Source of the DNA: Oscillospiraceae bacterium
Lineage (GTDB): Bacteria > Bacillota > Clostridia > Oscillospirales > Oscillospiraceae
DNA length: 55,644 bases
Reading direction: 5' to 3'
Assembly (NCBI GenBank): GCA_045223835.1
Contig: JBGUZS010000177.1
Coordinates: forward strand, 1 to 55,644
The number at the start of each line of letters is the position of its first letter. The stretch's first letter is position 1. The translations under genes and the position numbers were made by a program. This document shows positions 44,130-54,600 of the stretch, piece by piece. The notes under the pieces are model-generated. The model was not told the origin of the DNA and made no database searches. It saw only the letters and a program-made list of their open reading frames with translations.

Positions 44130-44837
44130 TTATTCGGCCTCCAGTTCCAGGAAGACCTCCTCCAGGCTGTCGTCCCCCTTGACCTCTTCCATGGTCCCGG
44201 CCTTCACCAGTCTGCCCTGCTTGATGATGGCGACCTTGTCGCAGAGCTTTTCCGCCACCTCCAGCACATGGGTGGAGAAGAAGATGGCGCCGCCGGCGTC
44301 GCAGTGCTCCCGCATCATCTCCTTCAGCAGATGGGAGGCCTTCGGGTCCAGTCCCACGAAGGGCTCGTCCATGAGGATGAGCTTCGGGGCATGGAGCCAG
44401 GCGGAGATGAGGGCCAGCTTCTGCTTCATGCCGTGGGAATAGGCGGAGATGGGCTGGGCCAGATCCTCCGTGAGCTCAAAGAGCTCCGCGTATTTCCGGA
44501 TGCGCTCCTGCCGCGTTTCCCCGGGGATGGCGAACACATCCCCGATGAAATTCAGGTACCGGATGCCGCTCATAAAGTCGTACAGATCGGGATTATCCGG
44601 GATATAGGCCAGCTCCCGCTTGCATTTCAGGGGGTCCGTCCGGAGATCGGTCCCGTCGATGGCGACGGACCCTGAGTCGAACTGCAGGATGCCCACGGCG
44701 CATTTCAGGGTGGTGCTTTTACCCGCCCCGTTATGGCCGATGAAGCCGAAGATCTCCCCGGGCAGGATACGCAGGGAAAGATCGTCCACCGCCTTCTTCT
44801 CTCCGTAGGTTTTCGTCAGATGCTCGATATTCAGCAT
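44130..44837 (-). CDS. ABC transporter ATP-binding protein
   Basis: Start moved to ATG 44837 (MLNIEHLTKTYG), with AAAGGAG upstream. GHNGAGKST, SHGMKQKLALISA, ILMDEPFVGLD. The track's 48-aa N-extension is Gly/Pro junk. Confidence 0.92.
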   Translation of the reverse strand: MLNIEHLTKTYGEKKAVDDLSLRILPGEIFGFIGHNGAGKSTTLKCAVGILQFDSGSVAIDGTDLRTDPLKCKRELAYIPDNPDLYDFMSGIRYLNFIGDVFAIPGETRQERIRKYAELFELTEDLAQPISAYSHGMKQKLALISAWLHAPKLILMDEPFVGLDPKASHLLKEMMREHCDAGGAIFFSTHVLEVAEKLCDKVAIIKQGRLVKAGTMEEVKGDDSLEEVFLELEAE

Positions 44838-44851
44838 GGCACCGAACTCCT

Positions 44852-45610
44852 TTAATGTACCTGTTCTTCCTCCCGGTCCAGCTCCTCCAGGAGCTGCCGG
44901 TCTTCCTTCGTCAGGGGGAAGCGCTCCAGCATATCCGGCCGCCGGTCCCTGGTCCGGCGCAGGGCTTCCTTCCGCCGCCACCGGGCGATCTTCCCATGAT
45001 TGCCGCTGACCAGCACCTCCGGCACGCCCCGACCTTCCCAGACCAATGGCCGGGAATACTGGGGATACTCCAGCAGGCCGCTGTAATGGCTCTCATCCTG
45101 GAAACAGCTCACGTCGCTGAGAACGCCGGGCACCAGACGGCATACCGCGTCCGCGATGGCCATGGCCGCCAGCTCTCCCCCGGTGAGGACGAAATCCCCC
45201 AAGCTCAGTTCCTCATCCACGCAGGCCTCGAGGAAGCGCTCGTCCACCCCCTCATAATGACCGCAGACCAGGATGAGGCGGGAGTAATCCCGCTGGAGGC
45301 GGTTGGCTTCCGCCTGGGTGAAGGGCTTGCCCGCGGGGGACATGTAAATGGTGTGCACCCGCTCACCGGCCTGACGGCAAACGTCCCGCCAGCAGTCGTA
45401 CAGGGGCTGGGCCTGCATGATCATCCCCTGGCCGCCCCCATAGGGGGCGTCGTCCACCTGCTTCTGCCGGTTCAGGGTATAGTCCCGGATCTGGTGGGGC
45501 TCGATGCGGATGATGTCGTTCCTCTGGGCGCGGCCCAGGATGCTTTCCCCCAGCCCCGCCCGGATGGTATCGGGAAACAGGGTGAGGATATCGATCTGCA
45601 TGGTGACCAT
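44852..45610 (-). CDS. trmD: tRNA (guanine37-N1)-methyltransferase TrmD
   Basis: IDILTLFPD, DDAPYGGGQGM, CGHYEGVDER, SLGDFVLTGGE. Confidence 0.95.
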   Translation of the reverse strand: MVTMQIDILTLFPDTIRAGLGESILGRAQRNDIIRIEPHQIRDYTLNRQKQVDDAPYGGGQGMIMQAQPLYDCWRDVCRQAGERVHTIYMSPAGKPFTQAEANRLQRDYSRLILVCGHYEGVDERFLEACVDEELSLGDFVLTGGELAAMAIADAVCRLVPGVLSDVSCFQDESHYSGLLEYPQYSRPLVWEGRGVPEVLVSGNHGKIARWRRKEALRRTRDRRPDMLERFPLTKEDRQLLEELDREEEQVH

Positions 45611-45612
45611 CG

Positions 45613-46101
45613 TTACATCCCCTCGATCAAATGGACGGTGAGCTTCCCGGTCTCGGGATCAAAGGAGCGGATGAAGCCGCCCTGCTCCGGGATCAGGTGC
45701 TCCGTCCTGCCCCTGACCACGAAGATCCTTCCCGCGGGGTAATCCAGGATATCCGCAAGAAGGCCCAGCTCGGTGCCGTCCTCCTCCACCACCGGCCGGC
45801 CGATGGCGTCCTGGAGGAAGAAGGCCCCCTCGGCGATGGGGATGGAGGCCCGGTCCGCGAAGAGGAGCTTCCCCTTCAGCGCCATGGCCGCCTCCACCGA
45901 GTCGATCCCCTCCAGCTTCAGCAGGACGAAGCCTTTGTGCACCCGGGCGCTCTCCACCCGCCGGGGCTTCTCCTCCAGATACAGGGTGCCCAGGCCCGCC
46001 AGGATGGCGGGCTCGTCGGTCCAGGCCTCGACCTTCATCTCCCCCCGGATCCCGTGGGTGTTGATGATCCTGCCCGCCTCAAGGAATTGCTTTTTTTCCA
46101 T
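45613..46101 (-). CDS. rimM: 16S rRNA processing protein RimM
   Basis: 162 aa. GRIINTHGIRGEMKV plus a PRC-barrel C-terminal half. Confidence 0.92.
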   Translation of the reverse strand: MEKKQFLEAGRIINTHGIRGEMKVEAWTDEPAILAGLGTLYLEEKPRRVESARVHKGFVLLKLEGIDSVEAAMALKGKLLFADRASIPIAEGAFFLQDAIGRPVVEEDGTELGLLADILDYPAGRIFVVRGRTEHLIPEQGGFIRSFDPETGKLTVHLIEGM

Positions 46102-46167
46102 TGCTTCAACCCTCTCCTGCCGGGAAAAGCTCCCGGCAGAGTCCGCGCCCGCAGGCGCGGATCAGAT

Positions 46168-46200
46168 TCGAAAAATTGCCGGAGATACTCTCCGGCAATT
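46168..46200 (-). terminator. Strong terminator/attenuator directly after the KH-protein gene
   Basis: A 12-bp stem AATTGCCGGAGA/TCTCCGGCAATT with a 3-nt loop. TTTTTCG follows on the minus strand. Confidence 0.6.
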
Positions 46201-46203
46201 CAG

Positions 46204-46434
46204 TCAGTCGACGATATCGACCGATACCCGCTTCTGACTCCGCTGCGCCAGCGATTTCACCAGAACGCGGATCTCCTTGGCTATGCGGCCCTGACGGCCG
46301 ATGACCTTGCCCATGTCTCCGTCCGCGACCCGGAGCTCCAGAACGGTCTCGCCGTTCTCCTCCCGCTCCGTGACCGTGACCTCCTCAGGATGATCCACCA
46401 GGTTCCGGGCAACATACAGTAACAGCTCTTTCAT
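46204..46434 (-). CDS. KH-domain RNA-binding protein (YlqC/UPF0109)
   Basis: 76 aa. KH motif GKVIGRQGRIAKEIR. Confidence 0.9.
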   Translation of the reverse strand: MKELLLYVARNLVDHPEEVTVTEREENGETVLELRVADGDMGKVIGRQGRIAKEIRVLVKSLAQRSQKRVSVDIVD

Positions 46435-46459
46435 GAATGAATGATCCTTTCGGGGTGGT

Positions 46460-46699
46460 TCAGATCACACCGGCCCTCTTCAGCAGGCTTTTCACGGTAT
46501 CCGTGGGCTGGGCGCCGTTCTTGATCCAGGTGAGGGCACGCTCGCTGTCCACCTTGATCTCGGAGGGCTCGGTGAGGGGGTTGTAGGTGCCGATCTCCTC
46601 AATGAATCTGCCGTCCCGGGGGAAATGGGAATCCGCCACCACGATGCGGTAATAGGGGGCCTTTTTGGCGCCCATTCTGCGAAGTCTGATTTTGACCAT
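46460..46699 (-). CDS. rpsP: 30S ribosomal protein S16
   Basis: [24 protein letters not shown]... Confidence 0.97.
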   Translation of the reverse strand: MVKIRLRRMGAKKAPYYRIVVADSHFPRDGRFIEEIGTYNPLTEPSEIKVDSERALTWIKNGAQPTDTVKSLLKRAGVI

Positions 46700-46764
46700 G
46701 TCGATTACACCTCTGCTGCGTATTTTTTGATTTATCGGAAAAGCCCAACGGGCTCGACCTTCGC

Positions 46765-48108
46765 TTACATCATGCCGAACAGGCCCTTGCCCCGGCCCCG
46801 CATGAGCTTCCTGGCGTTTTTGCCGCCCATCTGCCTGGCCAGGACCTGCATCTGCTCATACTGCTTCAGCAGGCGGTTCACGTCCACCACCTGGGTGCCG
46901 CTGCCCCGGGCGATGCGCTTCTTCCGGCTGCTGTTCAGCAGGCTGGGATCCCGCCGCTCCGCGGGGGTCATGGATTTCAGGATGGCCTCGGTGCGGCCCA
47001 GGGCCTTTTCATCGATGGAGGCGCCGCTGAGTTGCTTCGCGTCGATCCCCGGGAGCATCCCCGCCAGGTCGGAGAGGGAGCCCATGCCCTTCAGGCTCTG
47101 GAGCTGCTCATAGTAGTCCTCCAGGGTGAAGCGGTTGGACAGGAGCTTTTCGCTCATCTCCCTGGCCTTCTGCTCGTCGAAGCTCTGCTCCGCCTTTTCG
47201 ATGAGGGTGAGGATATCCCCCATGCCCAGGATCCGGGAGGCCATACGGTCCGGATGGAAGGGCTCGATCCCGTCCAGTTTCTCCCCGATGCCCGCGAACT
47301 TGATGGGCTTGCCGGTCACCGCCCGCACGGAGAGGGCCGCGCCGCCCCGGGCGTCCCCATCCAGCTTGGTGAGGAAGATGCTGTCCACCCCCAGGGCCTC
47401 GTCGAAGGCTTTGGCGGCGTTCACCGCGTCCTGGCCGGTCATGGCGTCGATGAAGAGCATGATCTCCGTGGGCTGGATCCGGCTCTTCAGCTCCTTCAGC
47501 TCGTCCATCAGGGTCTCGTCGATATGGAGGCGGCCCGCCGTATCCAGCAGGAGGATGTCGTTGCCGTTTTTCGCCGCGTGGGAAAGGGCGGCGTTGGCGA
47601 TTTCCACCGGGTTCACCTGCCCCATCTGGAACACGGGGACCCCCGCCTGGGCGCCCACGGTCTCCAGCTGCTGGATGGCGGCGGGGCGGTAGATATCGCA
47701 GGCCACCAGCAGGGGACGCTTGCCGCTCTTCTTCAGCCAGGCGGCCAGCTTCGCGCCGTTGGTGGTTTTGCCCGCGCCCTGGAGGCCCACCAGCATGAGG
47801 ATGGTGGGGGGCTTGGGGGAGATATTGATCTTGGCGTTTTCCTTGCCCATGGTCTCCGTGAGCTCCTCGTTCACGATCTTGATGACCATCTGGGCGGGGG
47901 TGAGGCTGGCCAGGACGTCCTGCCCCAGGGCGCGCTGGCTGACCCGGGCGATAAAGTCCTTCACGACCTTATAGCTGACGTCCGCCTCCAGCAGGGCCAT
48001 GCGTACGTCCCGCATGGCCTCCTTGATATCCGCCTCCGTCAGGCGGCCCTTGCTGCGGAGCCGCTTGAAGGTGGCGGAGAGTTTTTCCGATAAGCTCTCA
48101 AATGCCAT
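46765..48108 (-). CDS. ffh: Signal recognition particle protein Ffh
   Basis: 447 aa. [15 protein letters not shown], and a Met-rich M domain. Confidence 0.97.
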   Translation of the reverse strand: MAFESLSEKLSATFKRLRSKGRLTEADIKEAMRDVRMALLEADVSYKVVKDFIARVSQRALGQDVLASLTPAQMVIKIVNEELTETMGKENAKINISPKPPTILMLVGLQGAGKTTNGAKLAAWLKKSGKRPLLVACDIYRPAAIQQLETVGAQAGVPVFQMGQVNPVEIANAALSHAAKNGNDILLLDTAGRLHIDETLMDELKELKSRIQPTEIMLFIDAMTGQDAVNAAKAFDEALGVDSIFLTKLDGDARGGAALSVRAVTGKPIKFAGIGEKLDGIEPFHPDRMASRILGMGDILTLIEKAEQSFDEQKAREMSEKLLSNRFTLEDYYEQLQSLKGMGSLSDLAGMLPGIDAKQLSGASIDEKALGRTEAILKSMTPAERRDPSLLNSSRKKRIARGSGTQVVDVNRLLKQYEQMQVLARQMGGKNARKLMRGRGKGLFGMM

Positions 48109-48121
48109 ATGCTCTACCCGT

Positions 48122-48490
48122 TTACAGCTTCATTTCCTGCAGCGCTTCCCGGAGCTCCCGGCAGCAGGCCTCCAGCTCCCGTTCCCGCGGCTGACCGGCG
48201 CTCAGCTCCAGAAGCTTCTCCGTCAGCCCTTCCGCCTTGCCGATCTGCCCAAGCAGCGCCGCATGCCGCGCGGCGAGACCGGTCTTCCGCTCCACATCCA
48301 GCAGCGTATTCTCCGCCCGGACCAGGATATCCCGGACTCCCTGGCGGCTGATGCCCTCGTTTTCCCCGATCTCCCCCAGGGAGAGATTGTCGTTGTAATA
48401 GAGGTCGATATACTGCCGCTGCTTTTCCGTCAGCAGTTCCCCGTAAAAATCGTTCAGCAGGGAGATATAGACGTTCTTATCCACAGGCAC
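48122..48490 (-). CDS. ylxM: YlxM/p13-family putative DNA-binding protein (UPF0122)
   Basis: ISLLNDFYGELLTEKQRQYIDLYYNDNLSLGEIGENEGISRQGV. The start is GTG at 48490 or, more likely, GTG at 48484, because the first GTG is part of the GAGGTG SD. Confidence 0.88.
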   Translation of the reverse strand: MPVDKNVYISLLNDFYGELLTEKQRQYIDLYYNDNLSLGEIGENEGISRQGVRDILVRAENTLLDVERKTGLAARHAALLGQIGKAEGLTEKLLELSAGQPRERELEACCRELREALQEMKL

Positions 48491-48525
48491 CTCGTCTGTA
48501 AAGCAAAAATCCCTTACAGGGGGTG

Positions 48526-48554
48526 ATTCTATCGGAAAGACGCAGTCTTGTCAA
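48526..48554 (-). promoter_or_regulatory. Sigma-A promoter of the ylxM-ffh-rpsP operon
   Basis: The minus strand reads TTGACA (48554-49), a 17-nt spacer, then TAGAAT (48531-26). Confidence 0.7.
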
Positions 48555-48611
48555 GTGGGAATTTGCCTTTTTCCCGGAATACTTCCCTCCGGGAGGTGGA
48601 AAACTGGGAGC

Positions 48612-51600
48612 ATGATGGAAAAGAAACGCTTGGATACGAGGCAGCCCGGCGACCTGAGGGCGCTGGGGAGGGAGTGGGGACGCGCCGCGGCGGTCTCCGG
48701 ACGGGGAAGCGGCAGGCGGGCTCTTCGGGAGCTGGCCGGGCTGGAGCGGACCCTGGAAAGGCGCCGGGAGGCCTGGACGGGGAAGACGGCTCCGGCGGCG
48801 GAATGGCTCCTGGATAACTTTTATCTGGTGCGAAGGGACCTGGGCAGGGTCCGGGAGGCGCTGCGCCGGAGGGGGCGGCTGCCCCGGCTCTCCGGGGGAG
48901 AGCTGCGGATCCTGGCCCTGGCGGAGGCCCTGACGGAGGCCTGCGGGGGCTGGGTGGAGGCTTCGGCCCTCCGGGCCTTTCTCCGGGGCGCGGGAGAGAC
49001 GGCGGACCTGGAGGAGGGGGAGCTGGGGCTGCTGGAGGGCGCTCTGCGCCTGAGCCTGCTGAAGCGCCTGGCCCGGATGCCGGAGTCGGCGGAGGCGGTG
49101 TTCACTGCCATCCGCAGCCTGGACGCCCTGGAGCTGGCCCCCCTGCTGGAGGAGGCGAGCCCGGTGGAGGCCATCCTGGCCCGGGATCCGGCGGGGGTAT
49201 ACGCCCGGATGGATCCGGAGAGCCGGGGGGCCTACCGGCGTCAGGTGAGCCGTCTGGCCCGGCTGGAGGGACTGGGGGAGACCGCCGCCGCGAAGCGCGC
49301 CCTGGAGCTGGCGGAGGGGGAAAACACCCATGTGGGGCGGTATCTCTTTACCCGCCCGCTGGGGAAAAGGCCCGGAAGGAAGCGGTACGCCCTGTATTTC
49401 GCCGCCTGTCTGCTGCCGGCGGCGATCCTCACCGGCCTGATCCTGCGCGCCTTCGGGAGCCCGGCGGGACTCCTGGCCCTCCTTCCTCTGCTGGAGGGGA
49501 GCAAATATCTGACGGACCGGATCGCGGGCCGCCTGCGCGCCCCTCTCCGCCTGCCTCGGCTGGACTATTCCCGGGGCATCCCCCCCGAGAGCCGGACCCT
49601 GGGGGTGAGCGTCCTGCTCCTCCGGTCCCCGGAGGAGGCGCGGGAGGCGGCGGCAAAGCTGGAGCGCCTCCGCCTGGCCAACCGGGACGCGGGGGAGAAC
49701 CTGGTCCTGGGCCTCCTGGCGGACCTGCGGGAAAGCCCCGGTGAGCGGGAGGCGGGGGACGAGAGCATCCTGGAGGCCGCGGCGGCGGAGCTGGACCGGC
49801 TGAACGAGAAGTACGGCGGGGGCTTCTGCCTCCTCAGCCGGGACCGGAGCTGGAGTCCCCGGGACCGGGTCTGGCGGGGCTGGGAGCGAAAGCGGGGAGC
49901 CATCATGGACCTGCTGGACCTGCTGGAGGGGGAGGAGAGCCGGGTGCGCCGGGCCGCGGGAGACCCGGACTGCCTCCGGGAGATCGCTTTCCTCCTGGTG
50001 CTGGACGGGGATACGGGCCTGCCTCCGGGCACGGCGGCGTCCATGGCGGCTATTCTGGCCCACCCCCTGCAGCGGGCCGTGGTGGACCCGGAGACACGCC
50101 GGGTGACGGAGGGGTACGGGATCCTCCAACCCAGGGTATCCGTCTCCCTCCGGGATGCGGACCGGTCGGATTTCGCCCGGGTCTTCGCCGGCAAGGGCGG
50201 CCTGGATCCCTATGGGGGCCCCGGCAGCGAGCTGGGCATGGACCTCTTCCGGGAGGGCAGCTATACGGGCAAGGGCCTTCTGGATGTCCGGGCGGCCCGG
50301 CTCTGCCTCCGGGGCCGGTTCCCGGCGGAAAGGCTCCTTTCCCATGACCTGGTGGAGGGGGCCTGGCTGGGCTGCGCCTATGCCGGGGACCTGGAGCTCT
50401 CTGACGGCTTTCCCGGCAGCATCCTCAGCTATTCCGAGCGGCAGCACCGGTGGATCCGGGGAGACTGGCAGACCATCCCCTGGCTCCTGCCCCGGGTGAG
50501 GAACGAGGCGGGCGGATGGGAGCGCAACCCCATCAGCGCCCTGAGCAAATGGAAGATCCTGGAGAACCTGCGCCGGAGCCTGCTGCCTCCGGCGGTATTC
50601 CTTTCGGTTTTCCTCTATGGCGTCCTGGGCACCCCCGCCCTGGCCGCTGCTGCGGCGGCGGGGGTCGCCGCCCTGGCCCTGAAGGTGGTGCTGGGCTCCC
50701 TGGGCCCCCTGGGGGGAGGGAGACGGTGCCGGGGCGGCACCCTGGCGGCGCCGGTATCGGAGCTGCTCCAGCTCCTGCTGCTGCTCCTGTTCCTGCCCTA
50801 CAGCGCCTGGGTCCATGCTTCCGCCGTCTTAACCGCCCTTTGGCGGATGCTGATCTCCCGGCGGAGACTGCTGCAGTGGGTGACGGCGGCGGAGAGCGGG
50901 GAGCGGAGGGACGGCCTGAGGGCCTATCTCCGGCGGATGTTCCCCTGCGCCGCCGCCGGGCTCCTGGGACTCCTCACCCGGAGCCCCATCCTGCTGGCCC
51001 TTTGCCTTCTGTGGCTTCCGGCCCCGGTCCTGGGCTGGGCTGTGAGCCGGGAGCGGGGCGGGTCTCCCCGCCCCGGGGAGGAGGACCGGGTCTTCCTGCT
51101 CCATGCCGCCGGGGACATCTGGCGGTATTTTCAGCGCCTGATGACGGGGGAGCGGCATTGGCTGCCCCCGGATAACCTGCAGGAGACCCCGGAGGAGGAG
51201 ATCGCGGAGCGCACCAGCCCCACGAATATGGGCCTGGCCCTGCTCGCCTCCGTCGCCGCCTGGGATCTGGGGCTGACGGACCGGGAGACCGCCTTCGGCC
51301 TGGCCGCCCACATGCTGGATACCCTGGAGGCCCTGCCGAAGTTCCGGGGCCACCTGTTCAACTGGTATGATCTCCGGAGCCTCGCCCCCCTGGAGCCCCC
51401 CTATGTCTCCACCGTGGACAGCGGGAACCTGCTGGCCTGCCTCCTGACCCTCCGGGGGGCGGCGGAGGAGGCGGGGGAGCCTGCCCTGGCGGCCCGGGCG
51501 ACGGCTCTGGCGGCGGGGATGCCCCTGGATTTCCTCTATGACCGGGAGCGGAAGCTCCTGCATATCGGCTGGGATCCCCGGGAGGACCGGCCCTCCGGGG

Positions 51601-54600
51601 GCTGGTACGACCTGCTGGCCAGCGAGGCCCGGATCGCCAGCTATATCGCCGTGGCCCGGGGGGAGGCGGAGCTGAAGCACTGGCGGCGGCTGGGCAGGGT
51701 CATGACCGGGGGGCGGGGGCGCTATGGCCTGGCCTCCTGGACCGGAACCATGTTCGAATACCTCATGCCGGAGCTTTTCCTGCCCGTCTATCCCGGCTCC
51801 CTGCTGTGGGAGAGCGGGCGCTTCTGCACGGATATGCAGCGCCGGGCGGCGGTGCGGGGCGTCTGGGGCAGCTCGGAGTGCGCCTGTTCCCGTATGGACG
51901 CGGGACTGCATTATGTCTACCAGGCCCAGGGGGTCCAGGCCCTGGCCCTGAAGCGGGGGATGGACCGGGAGCGGGTGATCGCCCCCTACGCCGCCTTCCT
52001 GGCCCTGAGCCGGATCCCCGGCGCCGCGGTGAAGAACCTCCGGCGGCTGCGGGCCCTGGGGGCGGAGGGGATCTGCGGCTTTTATGAGGCGGTGGACTTC
52101 ACCCCGGAGGGGGGTGAGGGGTACCGGGTGGTGCGGTCTTTCATGGTCCATCATCTGGCCATGAGCCTGCTGGCGGCGGACAATGCCCTGGGGGAGGGCT
52201 GCATGATCCGCCGCTTCCTCCGGGACCCGGAGATGGGCGCCTATACGGAGCTGCTCCAGGAGCGGAGCCCCGCCTGGGACCGGGTGAAGCCCATCCGGGA
52301 TTACCGGGGAGACGAAAAGCCGGAGCGCCGGGCCTTGGAGGGCTGGAGCCTGTGCCGGGAGGGGTACGACCTGGTGCGCCCCGCCGTGCTCCCCCTGTCC
52401 AATGGCCGGTATCATCTGCTCATCTCGGAGCTGGGGAGCTCCCGGTCCCTCTGGGAGGGCCGCCTCCTGGCGGCCTCCGCCTTCCGCCGGTTCGGGGAGC
52501 GGCAGGGCCCCCTGTTCTTTGCCTCGACCGGAGGGCGCTTTTTCTCCCTCCAGCCCGCCCCGGAGTACGACGGGGGGACGGCGTACCACTGGGAGTTCAG
52601 CGGCGGCGGCTTCACCCAGTTTTCCGCCCGGGAGGGCTGGCAGTTCCGGGTGGAGACCCGGGTGCCCGCCGGCGGCTCCGGGGAGGTGCGGCGGGTCACG
52701 GTGAAGAACCGCACCGGGGAGCGGCAGGAGCTCACCCTGGCCCTGTATTTCGAGCCCGCCCTGTGCTCCTCGGAGGCCTGGGCGGCTCATCCCGCCTTCG
52801 CCCGCCTGGCCCTGGAGAGCCGGCTGGGGGAGGGCTGCCTGCTGGTGCGCCGTCGGCCCGGGGGCCGGGAGCCGGAGGCGGCCTGCGCCGCGGCCTGCTC
52901 CGAGGCCTGCGAATGGGAGACGGACCGGGACGCCCTCTTCGGCCGGGGGGGCCTCCGGGCCATGCCTGCCGCCCTCCTCCGCCGGGGAAGCCGGATCAAG
53001 GCCTCCCAGGATCCCTGCGTCCTGGCCCGGCTGCGCCTGACCCTGCGGCCGGGGGAGAGCCGGCAGGTGACCTTCATTCTGGCCATGGGACGCAGCGAGG
53101 GGGAGGCCGCGGCGGCAGCCCGGGAGCTGCGCCGCCCCTGGGGGGAAAACGGCCTGTTCCCCCGCTGCGCCCGGGCCTTCGGCCTGGCGGGGGGCGAGCT
53201 GGAGCGGGCCATCGGCCTGATCACCCCCCTGGTGTTCGCCACACCCGAGACCCGGCAGCTCCGGGAGGCGGGAAGGGAGTGGGACCGGGGTTTGGACGGC
53301 CTCTGGCGGTACGGGATCTCCGGAGATCTGCCCGTGGCGGCGCCGGGGCCGGAGGGGGCGGAGCGGATGCTGCGGTCCTGGGCCCTGCTGCGGAGCCTGG
53401 GGGTCTCCTTCGACCTGGCCCTGCCGGTGGAGGACGAGGGGATCTACGGCAGACCGGAGTGCGCCGCCCTGCTGGAGCTGGCCGGAAAGCTGGGGGTCTC
53501 CGGCGCCCTGGATCAGCGGGGCGGCTTCCACCTGGCGGGGGGGACCCGGGAGCAGCGCCTTGCGCTGAAGGCCCGGTGCCGGGCCCTGGGGCTGCCCGGA
53601 TGGACCAGGCAGAACGCGGTCCATGGCCCCTCCCCCTGGTTCCTGCCCGCCGGGGCGGAGAACCGGGAGAAGCGCACCGGCGGCCCGGAGGGGGAGAGCT
53701 GGGTGTTTCGCACCGAAAGGGGGGTGGGCCTCCGGGCCTGGTCCCATATCCTGACAAACGGGAGGATGGGCTGGATCGCCACGGACGCGGGCACCGGGAA
53801 CCTGTTCCTGGACAATGCCCGGGAGAAGCCCCTGACCCCCTGGGAGAACGACCCCCTGACCCTCCTGGGTCAGGAGAGGCTGACCCTGCGCCGGGGCGGG
53901 ACGGAGTATTCCCTCTTCGCCGACGCCGACGGCTGGCCCACGGAGACGGAATTCGGCTTCGGCTATGCCCGGTGGAGGCGGCGGCTGGGGACGGCGGAGA
54001 CGGAGGTCACGGCCTTCCTTCCCCGGGAGGCCCGGGGGCTGGTGCTCCTGATCCGCCTCCGGGGCGTCGGCCCGGAGGACAGGCTGCGCTGCTTCGCCCG
54101 GAGGGCGGAAGGGGCTCCGGAGGCTTTCTCCCTCTTTGCCCAGATCCCGGCCCTGCGGGAGGAGCGGGACGAGCTGCGTTGGCTGACCGGCGCCGCCGGG
54201 GGCGAGGACTGCGTCGCCGGGGAGTTTCCCCCGGCGGACCGGCTGGCCCTGGTGCTGGGGCTGGAGGAGGCGGCGCATCTGGCACGGCCGGAGGCGGCGG
54301 AGGCGGAGCTGGAGCGGGTGAAGGCCCTGTGGCGGGAGCGGACGGGGGCCCTCCGCCTCCGAAGCCCCTCCCCCCGGCTGGACGCTTATCTCAACGGCTG
54401 GGCCCTGTATCAGACCCTGGCCTGCCGGGTGCTGGGGCGGTGCAGCCTGTACCAGAGCGGCGGGGCCTTCGGCTTCCGGGACCAGCTCCAGGATGTGTGC
54501 GCCCTGACGGACGCCCTGCCGGAGATCGCCCGGGGCCAGCTCCTGGCCGCCGCCGCCCACCAGTACCGGGAGGGGGACGTGATGCACTGGTGGCACCCCC

